Source of the DNA: Adineta vaga
Lineage: Eukaryota > Animalia > Rotifera
Direction: 5' to 3'
Assembly: GCA_021613535.1 (NCBI GenBank)
Contig: CP075492.1
Span: forward strand, 12,586,001 to 12,650,000
Length of the DNA: 64,000 bases
Shown here: piece after piece, positions 25,042 to 38,231 of the stretch
Position numbering within the stretch: position 1 is the first letter of the stretch
Layout of the letters: every line of letters starts with the position of its first letter
Made by a program: the position numbers and the translations under genes
Notes under the pieces: generated by a model
What the model saw: only the letters and a program-made list of their open reading frames with translations
Told to the model about the DNA's origin: nothing
The model's database searches: none

Positions 25042-27117
25042 ATGAAACAATTGCTCCTACTACGTCGTTCATTGATATCAGTACGATTTTCTTCGTATTC
25101 GGTATCACCAGGAGCAACTGTTAGTCATGATTGGCCAAATCCACCAGTACCAGCAGAAAATGTTGATATAACTATTGCAGGAGGTGGACTCGTTGGAAGT
25201 GCTATGGCACTTGCATTTGGTAAAATACTTATATTATCTGTTTCGTTTATGTATAAATATTTTTTTAGCGGCATCTCCATTGTTTAAAAATCATAAAATA
25301 ATTCTTCTGGAATCTCAATCCAAACTACCAAAAGTTTCAAAAAATCAACCATATAGTAATCGTGTTTGTGCTTTAAATAATCAATCGATTAGTCTCTTTC
25401 AAAGTAATAATTCAAATTGAACTCTTCTATTAAAACCCAAAACTCTGTTTGTTTTCTATTGTTTAGAACTTGGTGCATGGGATTTAATGAAATCAATTCG
25501 TATACAAAAAGTCTCTCGAATGCAGGTAGAATTCATCAGATAATATCTAAATGATATATTCCTATTATTTAATTTATAGGTTTGGGATGCTTGTTCTGAA
25601 TCATTGATTGCGTTTGATCCAACAAATCAAACTGACGATAATTCTCTTGCTTATATTGTTGAAAATGATGTCATACAATCCTGTTTACTTGAACGTTTAA
25701 AAGAATTCAATGTTGAATTAAGATTAAATTCTAAAGTTAAAAAATTTGAATATGATGAAAATTCTATTCGCATACAATTACAAGATGAAAAAGTGAATCT
25801 TCGAACAGGATTATTAGTATGTTTGATTTTAATAAAAATTTCGAACAATCATGTGTTTTTATTCAGATTGCAGCTGATGGATATCAATCAAGTATACGTG
25901 AAATGGCTGGTATTTCCACAATTCAATGGAATTATGATCAATTTGGAGTTGTTGCAACATTACAATTAGCAGATAATGTTTGTCAAATTTATAGAAAAAC
26001 AAAAACGAACAGATAATTCATTATCGAACAATTTTTAGATGCCAGACAATGTTGTTGCTTGGCAAAGATTTTTACCGACTGGTCCAATTGCTTGTCTACC
26101 GGTAAAACGAATTCATTTATTTTGAACGATGATGTATTTTTTCTTCGTTTAGTTGAGCAATACACATAGTTCATTGGTATGGACAGTGCCAAAATCAATG
26201 CATAAAACGATCATGAAACTATCTGATGAACAGTTTGTTAATGAAATCAATAAAGCTTTTGTAAGAAAATGAAAAGAATAATCCAATTGAATTGATTGGT
26301 ATTTCATTTAGACATCTGATGTTTACAAACAAAATGTTGTTGTTTCAATAACAGAACGTTTACGATCCTATTGGCAACAGATCATACCAGGTATTCATCG
26401 AAATTTTCTTCTCATCAATAGATTTCTCTATCATTTTGATCTTCAACTAGCTTCACCAACAATTCCTCAATATCCACCTACAATAATCAACGTCGAACCA
26501 AGATCACGAGCAGCATTTCCATTATCGGTAAAACAGCTAAGCATTTAACTTTTTTTTTAAATATGTTCGACATATTTGTAGCTTCTAAATGCTAATCAAT
26601 ATGTTCGTCCACGTTTAGCACTTGTTGGGTAAGATTAAATCTTCTGAAATCAAAAATTAAAGTGAAAATTCTTAATTGTCTTCAGAGATTCAGCACATCG
26701 TATTCATCCAATGGCTGGTCAAGGAGTAAATATGGGTTTTGGTGATGTTGAATGTCTTGTTAAAGTACTTGAGCAAGCTGTTCGAGACGGTGCTGATTTT
26801 AGTAAGAAATTCTTTAGTTAAACATTCGGTTTTCTTCAAAAGATTCGATATAGATTCGTTAACTTATCTTGTGGATTATGAACGACAACGTCAAGCTCAA
26901 TGCTTAGCACGATTATTATCAATCGATTCATTAAATCGTCTTTATTCAACGAAATTTTTACCAATTGTTGCACTTCGTAGTGTTGGTCTCAGTTTTGTAA
27001 ATGAATTTTCACCATTCAAAGTAAATTTATCTTTCGACTGAATTGATCACAGGAGTTTCTTTCTCTGATATTTTTTTCTAGAACTTTTTTGCGAAACAAG
27101 CATCGTCAAGTTCTTGA
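25042..27117 (+). CDS. COQ6: Ubiquinone biosynthesis monooxygenase COQ6, mitochondrial, multi-exon
   Basis: Presequence-like N terminus; DITIAGGGLVG, YSNRVCAL, MQ|VWDACS, AYIVEND, AADG, AWQRFLPTGPIACLP, DSAHRIHPMAGQGVNMGFGDV. Confidence 0.95.
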
Positions 27118-27402
27118 TGACATATTACGAAAAATTTTGTTTGTATTTTTGTAATCATTAAATAAAACAAAAACTATATCGGTGGTTGCCGAGTATCAAA
27201 CCAAAAAAGTGTAGAAATGTTTTATAGACTTTGCATTGGAAGTCATTTTAGAATAACAAATATGTAGTTCTTTTTTCACTCTATCACCATTTGCTACTTA
27301 TTATCGCCAATTCTTTTTTTCATCGTCATTGCTGACGAAGTAAAATTCTCCTGTTCTCTTTATATTTACAACGCGTGGCAGTTTTACTTGCATTCGTATA
27401 CA

Positions 27403-28366
27403 ATGACTGATTCTACTGATTTATCAATAGCTGCAAATTGGATTCAACAATCTTCTTCTATATTAATTGCTGCCGGTGCTGGTCTTTCTGCTTCAGCAAT
27501 TAATCCACACTACAATGTTGGTCTTGATTATACATCCGTGGCTGCATTTCGTCAATTATATCCTCGCATGACTCAAATTTCATCCATGCGTTGTATGTAT
27601 GACGCCATTGGTAAACATGACTGGTCTCCCGAATTAATGTGGGGATACCTTTTTACACATGTAAATAAATGTCGTTACAATTGGGGTGCTACAACTGTTT
27701 ATCAAGACCTCAAACAGATCATATCAAATCAATCAATTGATTCATTTGCTGTTACAACCAATGCAGATGGAATGTTTGAACAGAATAAATTTGTAAGTTC
27801 ATGAAATAAAAATTGAGATCGAATACTTTTTTTAACGTGATTCTTTGATATAGGATATGACTCGTTTCTTAAGTACACAAGGTGATTATTCTGTTCTTCA
27901 ATGTTTAAAACCTTGTTCACGTGAATCGGTATATGATGCTCGTCCATTTATTGAACATGCACTTCCTCATGTTGATCCACAAACAATGGAAATACCTTCA
28001 AAATATATTCCACGATGTCCTCGTTGTCATGGACCGATGTTTTTCTGTGTCCGTGGCGGAGATTGGTTCATTGAATCAGCGTTTGATGAACAACGAAAAC
28101 GTTATCATGATTTTCTTCATCGTGCAATCGGTCGAAAAAATGAATTGTTTACAATTATTGAAATTGGTGTCGGTTTTAATACTCCAAGTGTTCTTCGTTG
28201 GCCAATGGATCAATTAGTTAGTAAATTTCCCAATGTAAGATTGATTCGTATCAATATGCATGCACCGGATGTACCCGTTGATGCGCGTAAAGAAAAACGT
28301 GCAATTGGTTTTGATGGAAATGCATCAAACGTTATTCATCAACTAAAAGAGATGTCTCGAACATAA
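27403..28366 (+). CDS. Class M sirtuin (SirTM-type NAD+-dependent protein ADP-ribosyltransferase), 2 exons; horizontal-transfer candidate
   Basis: LIAAGAGLSASA..GLDYT, WGY, TTNADGMF, TQGDYSVLQC-x3-C (Gln where deacylase sirtuins have the catalytic His), PRCPRCHGPM..CVRG, EIGVGFNTPSVLRWP, LIRIN. Phase-0 intron 27793-27853. Confidence 0.88.
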
Positions 28367-29042
28367 ATACTAAACAATAGAGCAAAAAAACGTTATGAAT
28401 AAATAAATAAATATAAATAAAGAGAAAAATCAATTATCGATTTTTATCGATATAATAAACAAAAGTATTTGACAGATGAACTTTTGTTTTATTTCTTTGT
28501 TAATTAACAAAATTCAAGCGTTATTTATATGATAGGCTGAAGAATAACTTTTACAAGGATGATGTTGTTATTACATGTGTATAATGATAATTGGATTCCA
28601 TTATCAGTTTGTCTTCTTCGGTCAGGGATATATACTTTCTCTAACTATTTTCCAATGATTTTTTATCGTTGCTGAAAAGAAAAAAAATGCAGAATGGAAG
28701 AACAAAAAAAAGTTGGAATCAGAGAAAAAATATATTTATTAGTCCTGTTACTTGAGTTAGTTAGTTGGACGTCAATGTTTGGATGCATTTATATTATTTT
28801 CTCTGATTCTATTCTCTCTCTCTCTCTTCACTTTCTTATATAGATACATATCGATACAATTTGGTTAACATTACATGAACATCAACTATCATGATGTTGT
28901 AATTATTGTTAGCAACAAAGTTTATTCGATCCTTATCATTCAATGTGGAATGATTTGCATACTGCTCAAATTGATACGATCTCTTCGTTTATAACTAAAT
29001 AAATTTCATCAATTTATTTTCTTAATATCGTTCAAAATAATA

Positions 29043-29081
29043 ATGCCAGCATATGGTATGGACATTGCTCTCAATCGGAAG
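29043..29081 (+). CDS. Alternative first coding exon of Mp20 copy 1 (MPAYGMDIALNRK)
   Basis: PAYG motif typical of calponin/transgelin N termini; phase-0 GT donor compatible with the exon at 30066. Confidence 0.7.
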
Positions 29082-29640
29082 GTAACAGAAAACTATGTCA
29101 TGCTGCATGTTTGTCGTGTTTGATGGAAAAGTATTTATGCATGAGATGTAATGATCAGATTTAGACAGAAAAGAAAGAAAGTGATTAGTGTTTGTATAAT
29201 CATCATTCGATGTTATTCATCATTGTTGACGAAGATTAATAATACTCTTTCATAATAACTATGCCTATGCATACAGTCATCAAAAGTGTACTATTACAGA
29301 TAATATTCTTGCATATAATTAGAGAAAGAATACAGTAAGCACCCTATGCTATACCCGCCTACATAACGATGACTAATAACTTCAATCGTTTGTACACAGA
29401 AATATGATTGATATTCTCATGTTTTGATTATGGAAAAACGTCTGTTTATATTTTATGTTTTTCTTTTTCTTTTTCTGAATATCTATGACATTAGAAATTG
29501 TAGAATAGTTTCGTCTTACAGGAAGCATTAATTTCTATGCGTTCACATTAGCTGAAGTAGAAGAGAAAAATTATACATACTAATGTTTTTCCCTCTTTTT
29601 TTCTCTTCTCTCTTTCTGTATCTGATGATCCTCCTATGGA

Positions 29641-29648
29641 TATAAATA
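29641..29648 (+). promoter_or_regulatory. TATA box of the proximal Mp20 promoter
   Basis: TATAAATA about 80 nt upstream of ATG 29723. Confidence 0.5.
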
Positions 29649-29722
29649 CATAGTTGTATTGCTTAGTATTCTCATTCTCCTTTTCTTGGATAGTGGTGAT
29701 TGCGTACATTCAGCTCTAGAAT

Positions 29723-30746
29723 ATGTCGTTCGTTGGACCTGCTTATGGATCATTGGCTGCTAATCAAGCAAAGGTGAAATATAGAGATCATATGATATCG
29801 TTGATTTCTACATTAGATGTATTAGTTTAGAATGACTAGTTGAATTATTTCCATATGTATCTTCGAAAATACTTTCTTAGAATGAGAAATAGTTGTTGTT
29901 GTTATTTGTTATTTGAGTAACGTATTGTCGGATCGATATCTTTATGTTTGAGAAAGAGACAGAGAGAGACTCTTCCGGATATGACTAAATAGATCTTTTG
30001 ATATCTATTAATATCTTTTATTTTTCGTCCTTGGAATGGCGTCTGACTGATAGTTGACTGTTTAGATCGCAGCAAAACGTGATCCAAACCTTGATCGAGA
30101 AGCACAAGAATGGGTAGAAGCAGTAATCGGAGAGAAATTTCCAAGTGGATCCTATGAAGATGCACTCAAGGACGGTGTCATCTTATGCAAGTATGTTTTC
30201 ATCTAATTTTTCCACTGATTATTAATTATATCTAAATAAATATCTATCAGATTGATAAACAAACTTCAACCGGGTGCAATTCCTAAATATGCGACATCAG
30301 GTGGCGCATTTAAATTACGCGAAAATATTTCACTCTTTCGTAAGTGTTATCTTCTACGTTGATTTCGTATTCTATATTGTTGAACATATTCTTATAGAAA
30401 ATGCTGCGCGTGCTTATGGTTTAGGCGATTCGGAACTTTTTCAAACGATTGATCTTTTTGAAAAGCATAATATTCCTCAAGTCACTCAGTGTATCTTTGC
30501 ACTCGGTCGAAATGTGAGTGGCATATTTTGTTGAAATCTTCATGCATGTTTTTTGTTTTTCTCCAGGCACAAAAAAAGAAATTTAATGGACCAACACTTG
30601 GTCCGAAAATGTCTGATGCGAATGTGCGAGAATTTTCCGAAGATCAATTACGTGCTGGACAAAATTCACTTGGTTTACTCAATGAAGGCATGAATAAAGG
30701 TGCGAATCAATCAGGCCAAAATTTTGGTCTCTCACGCCATATTTAA
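29723..30746 (+). CDS. Muscle protein 20/myophilin/transgelin-like calponin-homology protein, copy 1
   Basis: GPAYG..K|IAAKRDPNLDREAQEWVEAVIGE, YEDALKDGVILCK|LINKLQPG, FQTIDLFEKHNIPQV, GPTLGPK, REFSEDQLRAG, NKGANQSGQNFGLSRHI. Confidence 0.93.
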
Positions 30747-31249
30747 TCATCAAATATAATCTAGGAAAACGATATCTCCTTTTTCTTTCTCAGATGCTTT
30801 TTGTAATTCACGAACTAAAAATTTTAACCATTGTTTTAATAAAGAATAAACAATCATTGGTGATGAGATTAATCAATAGAATCTAACTAAATATACAACA
30901 GGTTTCATTTTCCTCTTGAAATCATATGGCGGATTGTTGAATTGTATGGCAAATATATTCATTAATAATTTTGACGATAAAACGATGCATGACTTAATTT
31001 GATGAGATCATGTTTATTCTAGCGAAAGTGATTATTATCTCATCCATGATAATTCATAGAGTTCTAATGAATGAAGAAGATACATACGATGTATGTACAT
31101 TGCCTATAAAAAATGGTTCATATCGTTTGTTGTATAACAATCCGTCATTATATTTCAAACGTAAAACAAAACTCGAAAATTGAATCTTCTCTCGTTCTCC
31201 TACTTTCACGAAAACAGTTCGAATGATCGGTTTGTTTTTTGTAGGTACA

Positions 31250-31872
31250 ATGGAAGGATCTAGAAATATTGCTTCAACTGTTGATAATCAATATCTAACA
31301 GAAAAAGTAATTTGTTCTTAGATGTAAATATGTTGATTCCTCCTTTCGATTTGTTTTAGCTACAAACTTCAATGAGAAATGTTGGTCGACCGGCTCGTAG
31401 TGAAACATTTTCGGCTTCATCGGAAATGTCCGAAAGTTCACTTTTATCCAACGATTATCAACGATCTCTTAATTCTCGACGTCTCTCACAACGAAAATTA
31501 AGTAGCTCATCTATTACCAATCTTCTCAGCAATTTACAAAACATACGCGTACCATTAACATCTCCACATACATATATGGATGACCAACGGCAGCAACGCG
31601 AAGAAGAAGAAGATGAGGATGAAGAAGATAACGAACATCATCTTCAAACACTTATTGATCTTGCACGCGATACTAATTCAAGTCGATCAGATAAACTTCA
31701 TCGTCTTCATGCTTCACTTGAAGATTCTATTGGAATGGTTGAACTACTTAGTTTACTTCGTTTCCTTAAATCTTCTTCATCTGATGTAAACATTAATGAA
31801 CCTCCACTCAATCTTTATTCATCAATTTTACCTACCCTTAGTGCTTTACTCTTGCTTGAAAATGATATTTAA
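31250..31872 (+). CDS. Uncharacterised Ser-rich/acidic protein, 2 coding exons
   Basis: MEGSRNIASTVDNQYLTEK (31250-31306) splices in phase 0 to the open frame 31361-31872; AATAAA at ~31915. Confidence 0.55.
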
Positions 31873-31984
31873 CCAATATATATATATATATACATTTCCT
31901 TAGTTTGTTTACACAATAAAGATCTCAAAATAATTTCTCTCAATTTGTTCATAAATGAAAAGATATTACTAAATTCTATTCTAT

Positions 31985-32900
31985 AGAAAGAAACGTTATT
32001 TATCTATGTCATAGTCAAGCAAACAGCTCTTTTAACCAAAAAATCATATCTAGGGAATAATATAGATGACGTAATTGTTTATACGAAAAGTAGATGTTAA
32101 TAGTAGTAATGATTGCTTCTATGCGTGATAAAATGTACAGATAGCGAGATGAATACTTTTCTATTTATTTCTCCTACACATCCAGGCTATCCGAAACCAT
32201 GCTTCTACGAGAACTTCGTTTGTATGAAATTAAATTGAATTTGTTGAAATTTCAATCGTGCTTGTTGTATTTGATGAGGAAATGTGTCACGTTTCTCCTT
32301 TTACTAATGTCTCTCAAAACGATACAAAAATATGTAAGATAGAAATATGTCAAGTGAATACTATTTGATTTTTCGTTATTGAGATAATCGAAACGTAAAG
32401 AGAAATTTCGTCAATTTATGATGGTTTTCATTCAATCATCGTGTCTCAAACAGTATCTAGAATAATGAGACGAGAGTATGGTGATTTTTCGCATACATAT
32501 GTATGTAACCATTTTATCAATTAGATAGTCAAAAATATCAATAGATTCATGCTTTTAAATAATCTGATTGATACAGCATTGCAGCTCATTTCAAAAGATT
32601 ACTGTTTGAATCGATTGTAGAAGAAACTTTAGGTCGAAGTGCTTGTTTTAGCCGATAACATCACTCTATTTCAATCTCATCGACATCCATACTTGATTTC
32701 TCTCGTTTTTTTCATAGATGAATAGTGATTACCACATCTTCCAGAAGAGAACAACATTATTAACTTATGTCATAGAAAAGTAAACAACTGTTTTGAACAA
32801 AATTATATCTAGGGACGAGTGTAGTTGACGTAACTGTTTACAGTAAGAATATATGTTCATAGTAACAGTAATGATCGTTTATATTCATGATGAGTTAGCA
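31985..32900. repeat. Diverged non-coding direct repeat pair (~31985-32135 and ~32745-32895)
   Basis: Collinear blocks TATGTCATAG, AAACA.CT, TATCTAGGGA, TGACGTAA.TGTTTA, ATGTT.ATAGTA, AGTAATGAT in both copies. Confidence 0.75.
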
Positions 32901-33725
32901 GATGTTTCAGTATGACTCATAACAATGTCAAGAGTACTACGATTGAATCGTATACATCGAAAGTGTTTTTCATCAACAGTCAAAACACTAGAAAACCTGA
33001 TATTTCTCTCGTTTATAGTGGGAGAAAAAGAAAGATGAAGATTAGATAGTTCCAACAACACAAACCCCGCTTACTGTTTGTATGTAGATGATATTTTTCT
33101 TGCTTTGTTTTCCTTTCCTTCTACGTCGTTCTTTTTTTTCTTCTTCTACGCCTACTAATACGTAAATACATATACTATTGGCTTTGTGCTAATACTCTGA
33201 TAATTCTTCAGTGGCACTCGTTGATATTTCTTCGTTAGTTTTATCTTATTAGTTGCCTTTCCTAGATATCTTCAGATCGAAGCAGAAAACAATAACGACT
33301 GAGAAGCATGTACAATATGAAATTGAAATACATTTCCTTCGCTAAAGATCGACATTATTCTTAAATACGACTATATTGTATATAAACGTTCGTTGTTGTA
33401 TCTTATATTGGAGAGGAGATAAACGAGTAGCGAACATCTACATTCCATCATCGGAGACTAGTAAAAATACCAATGATGATATTTTGTAAGTGAATACATA
33501 CGAGAGAAAACGCGTGCTTTCACTCTATCCACCATATTTTTCTTCTAGCCAACCATGAACTGAATCGTCTCTAGAGATATTGACAAAAAGGTCTTTTTTC
33601 TTTCCCTTTATCTTAGTCGTTATCATTCATTTGTCTATTTCTTTTTATCCTTGCGTTCTCTCATTTATACATAGTTCTATTGAATACTTGTTTGGTATTT
33701 ATAGATACATAGTGAGATTGTTTAG

Positions 33726-34412
33726 ATGTCAGGAGGAAAACGTAACCCAGAACTTGATAAAGAAGCTCAACAATGGATTGAAGCTGTTATTGGAGAAAAA
33801 TTCCCAGGTGGTTCGTATGATGATGCACTTAAAGATGGAATACTTTTATGCAAGTAGGTCATCGAATTAATTTTCTCGATTGTTTTTTTCTAAAACATAT
33901 CTTTATTTACAAAAGATTAATGAATAAACTTCAACCTGGTTCTGTTGCAAAGATCTGTACACAAGGTGGAGGATTTAAATTACGTGAAAATGTTTCTGCT
34001 TTTCGTATGTATTTCAAATAATTATTCTTGTTATTTTTGTTTTATTCAATAATAATCAAATAGAAAATGCTGCTCGAGCTTATGGTCTACCTGATGCTGA
34101 ACTATTTCAAACAGTAGATCTTTTTGAAAAACGAAATATTGCACAAGTTACTCAATGTATCCATGCACTTGGTCGACAAGTAAATACTAACATCGAGATT
34201 CTTATAAATACTCAATCTATTGCTTCTTTTAGGCACAAAAAAAGAACTTCAACGGACCAATACTTGGACCAAAAATGTCTGATGCTAATGTTCGAGAATT
34301 TACTGATGAACAATTACGTGCCGGACAAAATACGGTTGGTTTACTCAACGATGGAATGAATAAAGGTGCAAGTCAAGCTGGTCAAAATTTTGGCTTATCA
34401 CGTCATATATAA
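33726..34412 (+). CDS. Mp20/myophilin/transgelin-like protein, copy 2
   Basis: MSGGKRNPELDKEAQQWIEAVIGEKF...NKGASQAGQNFGLSRHI; same intron positions as copy 1. Confidence 0.92.
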
Positions 34413-34665
34413 AAAAACCGAACAAATCTTCTTCTTATTTGCTTTTCTATTATATACATGACCATTCATTAATCTAGTATTTATAGACACATTTGTATTT
34501 CTTTTCTTAAATAGAATGAATATTTGATAGCAAACAAAACATGCGAGAATAATTCAAAACTGAAAATGCATTGTCTTTTGAATTATATTTATGAAATACA
34601 GAACAACAAAACGTTTGAGAAATGTTCTATAGACAAATTTTAAAAGAAAAACAAGAAATGAAGTT

Positions 34666-36369
34666 TTACGATGAAGCTGAATATTGATAATAAGGTGAAG
34701 AAAATGAATAAGGTGAAGAATATCGACTTGCAGCAGCGGCTGCTAATGAAAATGCATTTGTTGAAGGTGTCGATGCCATTGGCGTGTAAGAGAATGGATA
34801 TGGTGGAGTAAACCGCGCGTATGGTGATGTATATAAATTAGGATCATAGAAATGAGATTGAAATGGATTTTCATAGAAATCTGTAAATGAAGTCGTGGAA
34901 TCCGGTACATCGACTGTATGATTAGCAGAAATAAGTTGGGTGGGTGTTGTTTGATTATCTTCACATGAACTTGATTTACATCGTTTTGATGATTCAGATG
35001 TAGGATATATATCATCCAGACAACGTTTAACTGGTTTAACTTCTCTGAAATAAAAGAGAACATCAACGTTTACCAAAACATTAAAATAATATTTAAATTC
35101 ATCATACTTTCGATTGGCGTGTCCATTATTTTCACGAAATCCTTTTGCAAACTATAACATCATATATAAATAAGATTTTGAATCGTTTCAATTACTTACT
35201 GGATTATGATCAATTTTCAATTTAGTGACCTAAAATATGAATAAACGTTCGTATAAGAAAAAAACACATGTTTTTTTTTCTTCTTCATCTATATTTACGT
35301 TTTCATTTTGATAAGCTGTTACAGCAATAAATTGAGTTTCGGGAAAGATAAATAGATTAACATTATCTAAAGGTGCCATGGATAGTTTATTATCAGTATT
35401 TATGGAATTATAAGTTTGAATAATATGAAGACGAGGAATGTATTTATGCATGGAATTGAGAATAATCTGAAATAAAAAGTTTGTTTGATCAAAACAGAAG
35501 AAAAATGAAATTTACATGTCCATTTTGATCAGCTGTATTATTTGTTAATTTGAGTTTACTAAATGATAAGGGTTGTTTCATTAATTGTGCACCCGTTGAA
35601 TTACTATCTGGATGAGGATAAAATCGACCTGACACTAATAGAAAGAAAATAAATCTTTCATTTTCTCTTCGAATGAAATCAAAAAATAAAATATTTACTG
35701 TGTGGTTCAGCAGCACCAGTAATCATCCATTGTGAACCATGATATTTATATCGATGATTATCAACAGGAACAACATCCATATAGACAATATATTTACTTG
35801 CTGGATCAAGTCCAGTTATCGATACTTTATATGTTGGAAACATACGTCTAAACATAGATAAGTAATAATAACTCATTAAGCAAAACACAGAATAGAAATA
35901 TGAACTTACCTTCCATTTTTTGTTATGATCATTTCTAAATTCATGTCAGCAAAACGTTTCCATAGATCGATATTCTCCAATTTCACATCAATATTTGGAT
36001 CAGAACGTTTTGTTGTATGAACATATGTATACGATGATCGAGTGGCATCTATTCAGAAAAGAAACATTACTATTTCTTTGCGCGATAGAAAAGTCTGAAT
36101 AAATTCTTACCTGTGAATGGTGACATTTCATCATAAAAATTAAAACCAAATCCATATGCTGATGTTGGTGACTGACCATAAACAAAAGACATGGGTGCTT
36201 TCGAAGGATGTGAGTATGATAGATGTGGTGAATTAAACAAACCAAGGCTCTGATCTTCATTTGTAAATAAAGATTTTTCTCCTTCATCTGATGACGTGGA
36301 ACAAATAACAAGTCCAGAATCAGATGATGACAATTGAGGATGCATTGCTGATGTCAAATAGGATAACAT
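34666..36369 (-). CDS. T-box transcription factor A (Tbx6/Dorsocross-like or Tbx2-subfamily; unresolved)
   Basis: [13 protein letters not shown]|[18 protein letters not shown]|[54 protein letters not shown]|FAKGFRE; P/S/Y-rich tail. Confidence 0.93.
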
Positions 36370-36831
36370 ATGTGACGCAATACAATCAATTTGAATATGT
36401 ATCTATATATTCAAGTTAAAAATAAAATATATGTCAACAAAAAAGGAGACGACAGAAAGAGAGAAAAGAAAAGGAGAGAAATATTTTTCGTCCAATCGAT
36501 TCATTCATCCAATAGAATTTGTTAAACAAACCGTGTCTTCTTCTTCTTCTTCGTCTTCGTCTTCATCAGCAATAGACATTTAGACCATTTATATTTATGG
36601 CAATAGCAAACTATTACTTCGTTTACTTTTTACGATGTGTGACTATAATCATTTATGAATAGAGAAAACGGCAGTCATTCAAAATTCGTCTTATTACTTT
36701 GTGATGATGTGATCGAATCTCAAGAGTATCTATCATAACTACTAGTGTGAAAATCCCATTTAAGATAAACATATATGAAAGCAATATTTTTATTTTAAAT
36801 AGAAACATATACATGAAAATTTTCGATAGAA

Positions 36832-38231
36832 TCAGAAAAATGGGCCTGAATAATTGTTTGTTGGATAGTAACCATAAGGAGAAAAAGGCATGGATGAACG
36901 TGATGTTGATGCAATATATGGATTGTAAATCATCGATGATGAATCATTTGGATAGGGATTGTATGAAAATTGATGATGATACATTGGTGAAAAGTTGAAA
37001 TTTGTTGGATCTGTTTCCGGTTCAGCATTGATATATGTTGGAGTTGATGAGTCAACAATAGTTTGGTGTATGGGTGGAGAAATTGAATTTGGAGAAATTA
37101 ATGATGAATCACTTTTACATAATCGAGGATAAGTTTCTTCATATTTTGTTGATTTATCTAATGGAAGACTGGATTGAAGACGTTTCAAAGATTTTGAACT
37201 ATTTCTAAATAATGAAATCGTTATTTAATAGAACACTTCAAATCGTATTTTGACATACTTTTTGCCATGTGTTGGTTCACGAAAACCTTTTGCGAATGGA
37301 TTATTATCAATTTTCAAGTTTTTTATTTTATCATTTTGATAAGCAGTAACAGCAATAAATACTGTTTCATTAAAAGTAAAGGTACCCAAAGGACCTGTTC
37401 GAATAGAATAATCATCCGATGCTTGAATGATATGTAACCGAATGACATATCGATGCATCGAATTCAAAAGAATCTACAGAAAAGAAACATATGATTTAGC
37501 AATGATATTTGATAGAAATTGGAATTATCTACTTGATTATGATTTTGCATAGGATTATTGGTAATTTTAACTTTATTGAATAGAACGGATTGTTTCATCC
37601 ATTGTTCACCAGTTTGAGGACCATCAGGATGAATGAAGTATCTATAAAAAAAAAGATTCACAATTGGAAATAAATACAAAATAAGTAAATATCTTTCGTA
37701 CCGTCCGTAGGCATGAGGTTCAGCTTTACCGGAAACAACCCATGTGGATTCTTGATATTTATAACGATTATCATCCACTGGCACGATATCAAGTAAGAAC
37801 ATATACTTTGTATTTGGATCTAATTCACTGACAGAAACACGAAAAGTTGGAAATAATCGTCGACCATTTCTGTGATACAAAAATAAATATACGAATGCAT
37901 AGAGAATAGTTTCTTCACATACTTTGTAATAATCATTTCAGTACCAAACGAATGAAACTGTTGCCAAAGATCGACTCCTTCTAATTTAACACGTATTTTT
38001 GGATTAAGTGGTTCTCGTTTCATTTCTAAACAATGAAATAATTTCGATTTTCAAATTATCATCATATTATTGTCACGTACCATTACAACCAAAATAATTG
38101 ATTGGATCGGAATTTGTATTTGTTGGATAGAATGAATTATACATATTTGCTGCAGCAGTAAATGCAGCCATCGAAGCATAAGCTGAAGATGTAACAGCAG
38201 CATGTTGAAATAGATTATTATCGTCAAGCAT
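36832..38231 (-). CDS. T-box transcription factor B (Tbx6/Dorsocross-like or Tbx2/3-like; unresolved)
   Basis: [16 protein letters not shown]|[69 protein letters not shown]. Confidence 0.93.
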
